In this document: positions 53,854 to 63,311 of the stretch, piece after piece | Numbering within the stretch: position 1 is the first letter of the stretch | Layout: the number at the start of each line of letters is the position of its first letter | Origin: a virus | Reading direction: 5' to 3' (one strand) | Length of the DNA: 64,000 nucleotides | IMG/VR virus record: IMGVR_UViG_3300045988_139610 | Notes under the pieces: model-generated | The model's input: only the letters and a program-made list of their open reading frames with translations | Told to the model about the DNA's origin: nothing | Databases searched by the model: none | Program-made: the position numbers and the translations under genes

Positions 53854-54705
53854 ATGGATTATAATATTTTATCAACAAATCCTTATGAAAATTATATATG
53901 TAAAGGAATACAACTTTCTAATATACAAGTTTTACATGAACAAGGATATAACGGAAAAAGACAAAGAGTTTGTATTATTGATACAGGTTCACATTCTCAT
54001 TCATTTATAGTTAATAATATTGTATCAGGCAAAAATTTTACAAATGAAGGAACTTCAGAAGATTATACTGATAAAAATAATCATGGTAGTTTCTGTATAG
54101 GTGAGGTAATACAAATAGCACCAGAGTGTGAAGTAGTAGTTGCTAAAGTACTAAACTCTAAAGGTGAAGGTGATATGAAAAGTATTATAAATGCTTTTAA
54201 ATATGCCTTAGAACAAAATGTTCATGTAATATCTATGAGTTTAGGAAGTACCAAAAGTGATGAAGAATTACATGAATTAGTAAAAGAAGCTAATACACGT
54301 GGTATTCTTGTTGTTACTTCAGCAGGTAATGACGGTGATGGAAATGCAAATACAGATGAATATGGATATCCTGCTAGTTATCAAGAATGTGTAAACGTTG
54401 GTGCAGTAAATCAAGATTTATCTATTGCAAAATATAGTAATTCAAATGAATGGGTAGATATAGTAGCTTGTGGAACAAATATTGTTTCATGTTATTTTAA
54501 TAATAAATGGTGTTTATCAAGTGGAACTTCAATGAGCGCACCTATAGTCGCAGGGACAGCATTATTATTAAGAGAAAAATTTATAAATAAATATGGTAGA
54601 ACTCCTTCAGAAGAAGAATTATATGCAAGACTTATTAAGCATACTAAAGACTTGGGTATAAGTTCAAAACTTCAAGGTGAGGGATTTTTATATATAAATG
54701 AGTAG
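53854..54705 (+). CDS. Subtilisin-like (S8) serine protease, no signal peptide
   Basis: Asp IIDTGS, His NHGSFC and Ser SGTSMSAP in D-H-S order. Confidence 0.8.
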   Translation: MDYNILSTNPYENYICKGIQLSNIQVLHEQGYNGKRQRVCIIDTGSHSHSFIVNNIVSGKNFTNEGTSEDYTDKNNHGSFCIGEVIQIAPECEVVVAKVLNSKGEGDMKSIINAFKYALEQNVHVISMSLGSTKSDEELHELVKEANTRGILVVTSAGNDGDGNANTDEYGYPASYQECVNVGAVNQDLSIAKYSNSNEWVDIVACGTNIVSCYFNNKWCLSSGTSMSAPIVAGTALLLREKFINKYGRTPSEEELYARLIKHTKDLGISSKLQGEGFLYINE

Positions 54706-54715
54706 GTGATATATT

Positions 54716-54901
54716 ATGAATAAATTCATATATGCATTTAATAAAGAAGATAAACATGAACTTTTAAATCGAGGATTAGTGTTTTTATCTGAAGGTATTA
54801 TAGATAATAAAACTGTTTATATTTTTCTTAATAGTACTAAAGTTAAATTCAGTAATGAAGATAAAAGAAAATTCATGTTTTCTAATAAATTATTTTTCTA
54901 A
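54716..54901 (+). CDS. Hypothetical protein
   Basis: 61-aa ORF. Confidence 0.4.
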   Translation: MNKFIYAFNKEDKHELLNRGLVFLSEGIIDNKTVYIFLNSTKVKFSNEDKRKFMFSNKLFF

Positions 54902-54921
54902 GAAGAAAGGGGGTGTGAATT

Positions 54922-55914
54922 ATGTATTACAATGAGAATCATAATCAAAAAGTCTTAAAACGTAAGGATAATTATAAATATATAGGAAGTTATCGTGCTA
55001 ATGAGATAACTATAGATGGTAAATGTAATAAAAGAAAAGTATTTATCCGAGTTAAATGTCCTTACTGTGGTAAAGAATATGATATAAGGTTAGATGGTTT
55101 CCAAAACGGTAATAAATGTACTAATTGTTGTAATGAATATGAAAATAGTTTTGCTTATTATATACAACAAGAATTACAAGAGCCTTTAAATAAATATTGG
55201 GATTGGGAAGAGAATAATAAGTTAGGTATTAACCCATATTTAATTTATAAAACATCTCGAAAACAAATTTGGATAAAGTGTGATAAAATTGATTATCACG
55301 ACAATTACAAAACAACTCCTGCCGGTTTTACTATAGGAAACAGATGCCCATATTGTTCACATAATTCTGGTAAAGTACACCCCAAAGATAGTTTTGGAGC
55401 TTTATACCCAGACAAGACAAAATGTTGGTCTCCTAACAATAAAAAGTCACCTTATGAAACAACAGCTAAAAGTGGCAAAAAATATAAATTTATATGTGAA
55501 AAATGTGGAAAAGAATTTAAAATTAGTCCACATGAATTAAATAGAAGAGGTTTAGGTGTATTGTGTAACGATTGCAATTCTTATAAAGGAGAATTTTATA
55601 TTAAAAAATGGTTAAATAAAAATAATATTTACTACATTTATAATAGATGTTATTTCGATGACTTAACAGGTGTGAATGGAGGAAAATTAAAACCAGATTT
55701 TATATTACCAGACTATAAGATTTGGATAGAGTATGATGGAGAGCAACATTTTGAATGGCAAGAAACTTGGATGAGTAAAGAAAAATTTGAAACATTACAA
55801 AAACATGACAGAATTAAAGATGAATATGCTAAAAAGCATAATTGGAAGATTATAAGAATCCCATATTGGGATTTTAATAATATAAATATCATTTTAGAAG
55901 GAGGTGTAAGTTAG
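54922..55914 (+). CDS. Free-standing homing-endonuclease-like protein: zinc-ribbon repeats plus Vsr/DUF559-like PD-(D/E)XK nuclease
   Basis: The C-terminal KPDFILPDYKIWIEYDGEQH..HDRIKDEYAKKHNWKIIRIPYW is paralogous to 58906-59619. Several CxxC pairs are present. Confidence 0.6.
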   Translation: MYYNENHNQKVLKRKDNYKYIGSYRANEITIDGKCNKRKVFIRVKCPYCGKEYDIRLDGFQNGNKCTNCCNEYENSFAYYIQQELQEPLNKYWDWEENNKLGINPYLIYKTSRKQIWIKCDKIDYHDNYKTTPAGFTIGNRCPYCSHNSGKVHPKDSFGALYPDKTKCWSPNNKKSPYETTAKSGKKYKFICEKCGKEFKISPHELNRRGLGVLCNDCNSYKGEFYIKKWLNKNNIYYIYNRCYFDDLTGVNGGKLKPDFILPDYKIWIEYDGEQHFEWQETWMSKEKFETLQKHDRIKDEYAKKHNWKIIRIPYWDFNNINIILEGGVS

Positions 55915-55916
55915 AA

Positions 55917-57191
55917 TTGGGAGATAAACATTTAAAATTAAAAAGCAATTTAGAAGTTTTTAAATCTTCAAAAGATTCTCGTTTTGTAGGATGCAGAATA
56001 CTTGTATGTCACGACCAAGATAATTTAAATGGTTCTTGGTTTGATTCAGAAACACAAATGAAATGTGCTGAAAAAAGTATTAGAGGTATACCCTTATTAG
56101 CTCATGTTTATAAAAATGAAGATGACAAATGGGTTTTAGGTGGACATGATACTAAAGTGGAGGCTACTGATACTACAGATGGTTACGATTATCAGTTAAT
56201 ATATCTTGAAAAAGCTTATGGATTCGTTCCAGAAGATACTATAATTACACAAGTAGAAAAAGACGGTAAGAAATATTTATCTTGCACAGCATTAATATGG
56301 AGGGAGTATTCCCAACAATTACTTGATATATTAGATTCTAACGATGGTGCATTAGAGGTATCTATGGAAATAGATGTTGACGATTTCAGCTTTAGAGAAG
56401 ATGGATTCTTTGAAATAACTGATTTTACTTTTTTAGGTATAACAATGCTTGGTGTAGGTGTTAAACCTGCTATGGCAGGAGCTAACTTATCTCTGTTCAC
56501 TTGTGGAGATGTTAAAACTGAATTAGAAGAAATGAAGAAAATTTATTCTTTAGAAAAGGGAGGTGAAACAATGGACAAAGAGTTTGAAAATCAAGAAGTT
56601 CAAGAAACTGAAGAATTTGAAAATCAAGAGGAAACTCAACAAGAAGATTTCACTCCAGATGAAGAAGAACAAAAAGAAGAATGTTCTCAAGATAATTCTG
56701 AAGAAAAGAAAGAAGATTGTTCAGAAGAGGAAGAAGATAAAGATAAGGAAAATCATTCTGTTGAAGATAACACAGAAGATGAAAAATATGCACAATTAAA
56801 AACTGCTTTTGACCAATTAAAAGTTGAATATGAAGAATTAAAAACTCAATTAGAAAACATGAGTGATTATGAAGAATTAAAACAATTTAAAGCTGATAGC
56901 GATGCTAAACAATTTAAATTAGAAATTGATTCTATAACTGAAAAATATTCTTTAGATACAGAAGATGCTAAAGCACTTCAAGACACAGTATTAAAACATG
57001 AAATATCTAAAGAAGAATATGAAGGGAAATTAGCTATAATGTGGGCTAAACAAGTTAAAGAAGCTCAATCATTTAGTAAAACTAAAACTGGAAAGGCTAA
57101 TTCAATAGGTATAATAAATCCAAATGAAGAATTTATAGATTCTAATGCACCTTACGGTGGTAGATTAGAAAAATGGAGAACTAAAAAATAA
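55917..57191 (+). CDS. Putative scaffolding protein
   Basis: 424 aa. Extremely acidic E/D/K central and C-terminal helical region. Sits between the portal/protease genes and the capsid gene. Confidence 0.5.
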   Translation: MGDKHLKLKSNLEVFKSSKDSRFVGCRILVCHDQDNLNGSWFDSETQMKCAEKSIRGIPLLAHVYKNEDDKWVLGGHDTKVEATDTTDGYDYQLIYLEKAYGFVPEDTIITQVEKDGKKYLSCTALIWREYSQQLLDILDSNDGALEVSMEIDVDDFSFREDGFFEITDFTFLGITMLGVGVKPAMAGANLSLFTCGDVKTELEEMKKIYSLEKGGETMDKEFENQEVQETEEFENQEETQQEDFTPDEEEQKEECSQDNSEEKKEDCSEEEEDKDKENHSVEDNTEDEKYAQLKTAFDQLKVEYEELKTQLENMSDYEELKQFKADSDAKQFKLEIDSITEKYSLDTEDAKALQDTVLKHEISKEEYEGKLAIMWAKQVKEAQSFSKTKTGKANSIGIINPNEEFIDSNAPYGGRLEKWRTKK

Positions 57192-57211
57192 TAAAACAGG
57201 AGGTAAAATTT

Positions 57212-57718
57212 ATGTATCAAATATTAACTTATGTAGAAGATAATTTTGCTAAATCAGCAATATGCTCTACTGAATTAAAAAATGGTGAAGTAGTATTAGT
57301 AAAAGGACTAGCTGATTCAACTCTAGCTAAAATAGATAATATAGGAGTTGAAGGTGAATGTTATGAAGTGACAGACTTAGAAGATGACGCTAATAAAATA
57401 TTAGCTATGGTAGCATCTGACGGTCATAGATATGAAAAAGAAACATCTTATAATTTTGGTGATTATGCAAACACACCAGCTGGAGAAGCAGTGAGAATTT
57501 ATTTCTTACACAAAGGTATGGTTGTTGATATAGAAAAAATACTTATAGATGGAACTGTTGCTAAAGGAGACCAATTAACTGTTAAAGCTGGTTCACATAA
57601 TCTTAAAAAATACACTGCTCCAACTGGTGATGAAGCAGATGCTAAAAGAATAGTAGGTGAAGTTATAGGTACTTCAAATTTAATGGGTAAAGATATGGTG
57701 CAAATATTATTCTATTAA
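57212..57718 (+). CDS. Putative head decoration / DUF2190-like protein
   Basis: 168 aa, immediately upstream of the capsid gene. Gly/Val-rich beta pattern. Confidence 0.4.
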   Translation: MYQILTYVEDNFAKSAICSTELKNGEVVLVKGLADSTLAKIDNIGVEGECYEVTDLEDDANKILAMVASDGHRYEKETSYNFGDYANTPAGEAVRIYFLHKGMVVDIEKILIDGTVAKGDQLTVKAGSHNLKKYTAPTGDEADAKRIVGEVIGTSNLMGKDMVQILFY

Positions 57719-57752
57719 GAATAAAATAATTAATAAAATGGAGGTTAAAAGA

Positions 57753-58597
57753 ATGATAGATAACGATGTTAGACAAATGGTAATAGACTTACATAACGGT
57801 GTGTGTTCTTATTCAAGAAAAGAAGCTTCAGATGTTATAAGAAATATGATATTTGAAAAAGTAGAACCACTTCCAGAAAAGAAATCTAATTATAGAAGAT
57901 GGTTGAAAAGAAATGGTAATACAGTATTTGAATTATTAGAAGAATTAATAACTGTAACTCATAACGAAATAACTGTTGAATCTTTTGGAGATTTAGTAGA
58001 TGTTGAAACTTTCGATATAGGAGATAAAAAAGAATTCTTAATTCAAAATGACGAATTGTTTAAAGTTGGTTTAATGGCTACTGGTGTTAAAACAGTTCAT
58101 AGACAAAGAATCTATGATAAAAAGGTAGATACTAAAGCTTTCAGATTAGGCGTTAAAATCTATGCTGAAATGTTTGATTTCTTAAAAGGAAATATAGACT
58201 GGACTTTATTTGTAGATAGAGTATCTAAATCTTTTGATAAAAAAGTATGTACTTTAGTTACAAAAACTATATTTGGAGCTTATGATGCTTCTGGAAATCC
58301 AAATTTATGTAAAGCATCTAATGACAATGCTTTATCAACTACTTTAAAAGAAATGATAGCTAAAGTTGCAGATTCTACAGGTCAAGAAGTTCAAATACTA
58401 GGAACTAAAACAGCATTAGCTCATGTAAAATCAGATGCGACTTTTGTATCAGATGCTGAAAAAGACGATAGAAGAAATTATGGATATACTCAAGTATTTG
58501 AAGGTACTCCTTTAGTTCCATTACCAAATTATTATGATAAAACTACTGGTGCTTTTGAAGTTGATGACGATATGTTATTAATAATTCCGGTTAACGT
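57753..58597 (+). CDS. Major capsid protein, exon 1 (3' boundary +/-10 nt)
   Basis: ATG 57753 behind GGAGGT. The frame ends ..LLIIPVNV(E*) at 58602. The C-terminal continuation is found at about 59786. Confidence 0.6.
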
Positions 58598-58850
58598 AGA
58601 ATAAATACTACAACAGCCCGTATATCGAGCAATCGGTATAGGACACAACTTGAATTGCAGGTAATGGGTAAAGCTCTACACCAAAGCGGATAGTGAAAAC
58701 TAAGACGTAACGGTACGAAAGTAGAAAAAACGTAGAGATGGTGCATGGTTAAATCCTAAACACTAGATGATTAAATTCATTACAATCCCTGTTCATGCAG
58801 GTAAGCGTCCCTGTTTTAATATTAATTATTTTGTTTAAAAGGTTAAAATA

Positions 58851-58881
58851 ATAGGTAATTTTATCAATAGTTATGTTAATA
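58851..58881 (+). promoter_or_regulatory. Bipartite element ATAGGTA-N16-TGTTAATA (copy F) inside the capsid intron
   Basis: AATAGGTAATTTTATCAATAGTTATGTTAATACAATAATATGAAGGAGGTGG lies directly upstream of the intron ORF. Confidence 0.55.
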
Positions 58882-58905
58882 CAATAATATGAAGGAGGTG
58901 GTAAT

Positions 58906-59619
58906 ATGCCAAAGAAATTAACTTATGAGGAAGTTAAAGAATATATTGAATCGCAAGGTTATAAATTGATATCTAAAGAATACATAAAAAGCGATGTTAA
59001 ACTTGAAATGATATGTCCTAATGGTCATCAATGTTATATATCATGGGATAATTTTAAATACGGAAGAAGATGTAAAGTTTGTAATGATATAGAAAAATCC
59101 AAAAGAAATCGTAAAGATTATAATGAAGTTAAATCTTATATAGAATCTTTCGGTTATGAATTGATAAGTAAAGAATATTTTAATCAAGATGGTTTACTTA
59201 CTATTAAGTGTCCCGAAAATCACGTTTTTAAAATGACGTATAAAATGTTTAAGCGTGGTAGCAGATGCCCAATATGTAATAAGTCAAAGGGAGAAAAAAG
59301 GATAAGTGATTATTTGGATGAAAAACATATTAAATATGAATATAATAAAGGTTATTTTGATGATTTGATTGGGTATAGTGGAAGATTGTTAAGACCAGAC
59401 TTTATTTTACCAGACTGTAAAATTTGGATAGAATATGATGGAGAGTTTCATTATAATAAAATTTATGAGAATGATAGTTATGATATAATGAAAATACATG
59501 ATAAAATCAAAGATACATATGCAAAGGAACATGATTGGAAATTAATAAGAATCCCATATTGGGAATTTGATAATATAGAAACCATTTTAAACAAAGAATT
59601 AAAAATAATTAATAAATAG
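58906..59619 (+). CDS. Intron-encoded endonuclease: duplicated zinc-ribbon module plus Vsr/DUF559-like PD-(D/E)XK domain
   Basis: Two copies of ..EVK.YIES.GY.LISKEY..CP.H....(F)K.G.RC..CN. C-terminal RPDFILPDCKIWIEYDGEFH..HDKIKDTYAKEHDWKLIRIPYW. Confidence 0.6.
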   Translation: MPKKLTYEEVKEYIESQGYKLISKEYIKSDVKLEMICPNGHQCYISWDNFKYGRRCKVCNDIEKSKRNRKDYNEVKSYIESFGYELISKEYFNQDGLLTIKCPENHVFKMTYKMFKRGSRCPICNKSKGEKRISDYLDEKHIKYEYNKGYFDDLIGYSGRLLRPDFILPDCKIWIEYDGEFHYNKIYENDSYDIMKIHDKIKDTYAKEHDWKLIRIPYWEFDNIETILNKELKIINK

Positions 59620-59785
59620 AACGAGATGAAACTTCAACGACTATTCCGAGAGGAAGTACACTCAAGCGAGTGGAAGTGGGTTGCCCCTATATTTATAGGG
59701 TGAAGAAATAGTCTATTCTTTAGTGAAAGCTAAAGCAGTTCATAAGAGAACGGTATAAAAATAGCGAATTTATACGAATAAAAAG

Positions 59786-59948
59786 TGGAGAATCACTTGT
59801 AAAACTTGGATATGAAGGTGATGTTGAATTGTACGAAGATACAGAAGGAGATAGACAAGACTATCAAATAGAAATGGAAATGAATCGTATGTTACACTTA
59901 GGAGTTGCTATAGCTTCTACATACGCAATGATAAAAATAACTGCATAA
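59786..59948 (+). CDS. Major capsid protein, exon 2
   Basis: The frame is open from 59727 and encodes ..KLGYEGDVELYEDTEGDRQDYQIEMEMNRMLHLGVAIASTYAMIKITA*. No SD or start codon of its own. Confidence 0.55.
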
Positions 59949-59970
59949 TAATTAATATTTAAATAATATA

Positions 59971-59992
59971 GCACTACTTTAATTAGTAGTGC
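59971..59992 (+). terminator. Hairpin after the capsid gene
   Basis: GCACTACT-ttaatt-AGTAGTGC with a weak T tract. May attenuate rather than terminate. Confidence 0.4.
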
Positions 59993-60018
59993 TTAATTCT
60001 ACAAGAAGGGAGAATAAA

Positions 60019-60615
60019 ATGGAAAAAATAAAGAAAACTACTAAAACGAAGACTGTAGATAAAACGGAAGAAATCAAAAAAAAAGTAGAAACAAAAAAAA
60101 CTAAAAGACAGATAAATATGGAATTAAGAAAAAAACAAGATGAAATATATATTGAAATTTGCAATATGTCTTTTATGAGTGTAATATACATGAATAAAAA
60201 TGAAGAAACTTATTTTGATTTATATCCAAATGAATATGCTGAATTACCACTATCGGAATTATATGAAGTTGCAACTAAAAATAAATCATATTTTAAAGAT
60301 TATATGTTGGCAATAACAGATGTTTTATCTGATGAATATACAATAGATAATATAATTGATTATTTAGGTATAACGAGTATATATAATAGTGAAGAAAATC
60401 AATTTGCTATGCAAATAGATTCAATATTAAATCTTTCAGATGATGTTTTTGAAAGAGAAATTGAAGGAAGAAGTAATAAATTTATAAGAACTTTAGCTTG
60501 TAAAGCTATATTATTAACTAAATCTGAAGAATCTGACTATGAGTTATCAAGAAAAAAAGAACGTGTTTTATGCAGAAAATTAGGAAGAGAACAATTAATA
60601 GATATTGATGAATAG
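60019..60615 (+). CDS. Hypothetical head/neck-module protein
   Basis: Start moved to ATG 60019 (SD GGGAGAA). Confidence 0.45.
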   Translation: MEKIKKTTKTKTVDKTEEIKKKVETKKTKRQINMELRKKQDEIYIEICNMSFMSVIYMNKNEETYFDLYPNEYAELPLSELYEVATKNKSYFKDYMLAITDVLSDEYTIDNIIDYLGITSIYNSEENQFAMQIDSILNLSDDVFEREIEGRSNKFIRTLACKAILLTKSEESDYELSRKKERVLCRKLGREQLIDIDE

Positions 60616-60625
60616 AGGTGATTAA

Positions 60626-61036
60626 ATGACACCTGTCACAGAAATTTATGATTTATTTTTAAAACATTTAGGTAAAGATGATTTATTAGAAATAGATGAA
60701 TCCGTCCTTGAAGATTTGTTAGAATCCTACTTATATGTTTCAATATCTAATTTTGAACAATGCAAACAAGATTTAACTATAGAGGACGGCTATTTTAAAT
60801 CAGAATTAACTTGGAAAGAAAAGCAAATATTAGCTAAAGGTATGTTAATTCCTTTTGTAGATACAAAAATACTTAATAGAGATGCGTTAACTATTCATAT
60901 AACAGATAGTGAATATTCTATTAAGTCACCTGCAACCTTATTGAATAACCTTTTGAAAACTAGAGAAATGTATGTTAAAGAATTAAGAAAGTTAAGAATA
61001 GGTTATGCCACAAGAGGAGTTGACATAAATGAGTAA
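60626..61036 (+). CDS. Putative head-tail connector protein
   Basis: Called on position and size only (136 aa). Confidence 0.35.
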   Translation: MTPVTEIYDLFLKHLGKDDLLEIDESVLEDLLESYLYVSISNFEQCKQDLTIEDGYFKSELTWKEKQILAKGMLIPFVDTKILNRDALTIHITDSEYSIKSPATLLNNLLKTREMYVKELRKLRIGYATRGVDINE

Positions 61037-62024
61037 TTACTTTGAAAAATATAGAAAAAGAAATCTAAAAGATTTTAATACAATAGAGGAAAAAGAAAGA
61101 AATGATATGATTAACGACTTTGAGTTTTACTTAACTAAAGAGGCTCGAAGTGCTTATGAAATCCAATATACGAGACCAGATGAATTAATAAATAAAGAAA
61201 CTAATCTTCATGAAAGAATGGTTATAAAAGATATTGCTGATAATGATAAATCAGCATTTGATGAAAAATATTTAGTTTGTAGATTAGGTTGCCCAGTAGA
61301 TGTTGGTAGTTATATATATTGGAATAAATCATATTATATATTAGAATTTGAAGAAGTAATAAGTACAATGACTCATAAAAAGTATACATTAAAACGATGT
61401 AATGAATGGTTCAATATTGGATATAAAGGTGAAATTTATAGAACACCAGTTAATATTACTAACTTAACAATGTATTCTAAAGGTATTCACGATTATAAAT
61501 ATATTTCTAACCTAGATGCAAAAAGAACAGTTTTAGTAGGTTCTAATCCGATAACTTCTAGTTTGAAGGTCGGTGCAAGACTTATGGGTAAAGATAAACA
61601 AGCCTATAAAATAACTCATAAAAATGATTTTGAGTATACTAGAAGAGAAGTCCCTGGTGATGGATTAATCAAATGGTTGTTACTTGAAACTACTCAATTA
61701 GTTGAAGACGATGACGATAATTTAGTTGCTTATAATCCTTTTTATGACTCGTCTGTTAAATCTGGAGAAATAGAAGGAAATGATAAAATACATATAGGTG
61801 AAGATTTAATTTATAAAATTCAATATGACGAAGAAGTAAATTTTGAATTAGATTTTGATTATGGTTTTTGTAAAATTACTAATGTGAATAACAAAGAATG
61901 TACTATATCTGTAGATTTAGATTTTGATATTATTGGAGAAGTTATTACTTTAATAGCAAAAAATAAGAATGGTGAAACTATAGATATTAAAAATATAACA
62001 ATAAGAGGATTGGGGGCATCTTAA
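61029..62024 (+). CDS. Hypothetical neck/tail-module protein
   Basis: 331 aa. Overlapping start suggests translational coupling. Confidence 0.4.
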   Translation: MSNYFEKYRKRNLKDFNTIEEKERNDMINDFEFYLTKEARSAYEIQYTRPDELINKETNLHERMVIKDIADNDKSAFDEKYLVCRLGCPVDVGSYIYWNKSYYILEFEEVISTMTHKKYTLKRCNEWFNIGYKGEIYRTPVNITNLTMYSKGIHDYKYISNLDAKRTVLVGSNPITSSLKVGARLMGKDKQAYKITHKNDFEYTRREVPGDGLIKWLLLETTQLVEDDDDNLVAYNPFYDSSVKSGEIEGNDKIHIGEDLIYKIQYDEEVNFELDFDYGFCKITNVNNKECTISVDLDFDIIGEVITLIAKNKNGETIDIKNITIRGLGAS

Positions 62025-62025
62025 A

Positions 62026-62553
62026 ATGGGCAAGTTAATAACATTTCCAGATAGATATATAAATAAAGTGGGAACTCTTTTAATGCTTGATGATACAATT
62101 AATAAAATGTTGTATTATACAAACACCACTGAAGATGATATTTTATCTCTACCTAAAGTAAAAGAGCCTATAAAAAACCTTAATGATAAAAAAATATTTA
62201 TAGACCGTAGAGTTAATAAACTCTTTGACGCTATATTTGAATCTGATTGTTATATATTTTTAAATATGTATAAAGATGAACCAGCTTCTTTAAATAATGG
62301 TAAAACCTCTTCATTTATAAGTTCTTTTAGATTAGATATAGGTGTAGTTTGTCACAATAGTTGTTCCAATACATTAAATGGTTCAAGAGATGTTATCATT
62401 TACAAAAGAATAAATGAAATTCTTAGAGAAGATGAAAGATTAGAAGCTATTGGAAAACCAATTATAGGAACTACATCACAAAATTATTCAATACCAATTG
62501 ATTATAACACTTATATAACAAGTGTTACAGTGAGATATTTCAATGAAATGTAA
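62026..62553 (+). CDS. Hypothetical neck/tail-module protein
   Basis: 175 aa. Confidence 0.4.
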   Translation: MGKLITFPDRYINKVGTLLMLDDTINKMLYYTNTTEDDILSLPKVKEPIKNLNDKKIFIDRRVNKLFDAIFESDCYIFLNMYKDEPASLNNGKTSSFISSFRLDIGVVCHNSCSNTLNGSRDVIIYKRINEILREDERLEAIGKPIIGTTSQNYSIPIDYNTYITSVTVRYFNEM

Positions 62554-63283
62554 ATTCACTAAAGAATTATTATCTGGTAAAGATATTGATTTAAAAGAAT
62601 TTAATTTGGGCATTATTAAACAACCCAAAGTTCAAACCTTTATAGAGGTGGTAGATAGTATAGAATTTATAAAACCTTTTTATATGGTTCGATATTGGAA
62701 TAATAATGGTGCTTTTGAAGAAGTGGAAATGCCTTTTAATATATATTATACTTTATCTCAAAAGAATAAATCTTTATTAGTAGATTTAATATTATATCTT
62801 ATGATTTTATATGATACGAAAGATATAAAATTAAAAAATTGTGGAGATAAAGGATATAGTATATTTATTAAATCTCAAGATAATATTGAATCTTTTATAG
62901 ACGATAGTAATTTTAATATATTGTCTAAAATTGTTTTAGAAATAATGTATTATGATGAACCTAAAAAAGAAATCAAGCAAAAGATTGAAGGTTCGGCTGA
63001 AGATATAGCATTATTTGAAAAGTATGAAAAAGAATACAAAGAAAAACAAATGAAAAAAAATGCTATATATTTTGAAGAAATAGTAAGACAAGTGATACAT
63101 ACAAGAAAAACTACGTATGAAGAAATAAAAAATTGGACTGCTTGGCAATTACAAGACACTTATAAATCAATGAAAGCAATGGAAGATTGCGAATTGGCTT
63201 GGAAACTTGCTATTGCAGGAGCATATAAAGGTAAAGAAATTCCTCCTTGGTATATGGGTACAAGACTAATGAGGGATGAATAA
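62543..63283 (+). CDS. Hypothetical neck/tail-module protein
   Basis: 246 aa. Confidence 0.4.
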   Translation: MKCKFTKELLSGKDIDLKEFNLGIIKQPKVQTFIEVVDSIEFIKPFYMVRYWNNNGAFEEVEMPFNIYYTLSQKNKSLLVDLILYLMILYDTKDIKLKNCGDKGYSIFIKSQDNIESFIDDSNFNILSKIVLEIMYYDEPKKEIKQKIEGSAEDIALFEKYEKEYKEKQMKKNAIYFEEIVRQVIHTRKTTYEEIKNWTAWQLQDTYKSMKAMEDCELAWKLAIAGAYKGKEIPPWYMGTRLMRDE

Positions 63284-63311
63284 ATAATTAATAAAACGGA
63301 GGTAATGTGAA

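Larger units (their letters stand above)
58598..59785 (+). mobile_element. Group-I-like intron in the major capsid gene carrying a PD-(D/E)XK-type endonuclease (boundaries +/-10 nt)
   Basis: G+C-richer non-coding flanks at 58605-58850 and 59620-59785. U at 58597 and G at 59785 (or 59788) allow the in-frame junction ..IIPVNV|GESLVKLGYEGD. Confidence 0.55.

Noticed and set aside
56563-56799. 78-aa Lys-rich ORF in an alternative frame of the scaffold gene
   Set aside because: It is produced by the GAA/GAT/AAA-rich acidic region read out of frame. It has no SD, and the scaffold frame is continuous through it.
49820-59785. Considered group II introns or a retron/DGR for the two gene interruptions
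   Set aside because: No reverse-transcriptase ORF occurs anywhere in the window. The elements are only ~1.2 kb including their endonuclease ORFs, and their boundaries fit the U...G group I convention.
3000-63159. Other tracked ORFs on the strand opposite to the local gene arm: 3000-3209, 4490-4753, 6369-6563, 7192-7374, 8108-8371, 9668-9892, 11117-11359, 12624-12845, 12916-13107, 17430-17765, 19404-19598, 20860-21132, 22948-23139, 26486-26668, 31448-31651, 40809-40991, 41003-41335, 41088-41270, 44357-44581, 46264-46524, 47283-47489, 56216-56500, 59979-60191, 62950-63159
   Set aside because: Each is fully or largely nested antisense within a longer ORF that has an SD and a recognisable product or operon context. 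Their translations are F/I/L/S-rich low complexity and they lack ribosome-binding sites.
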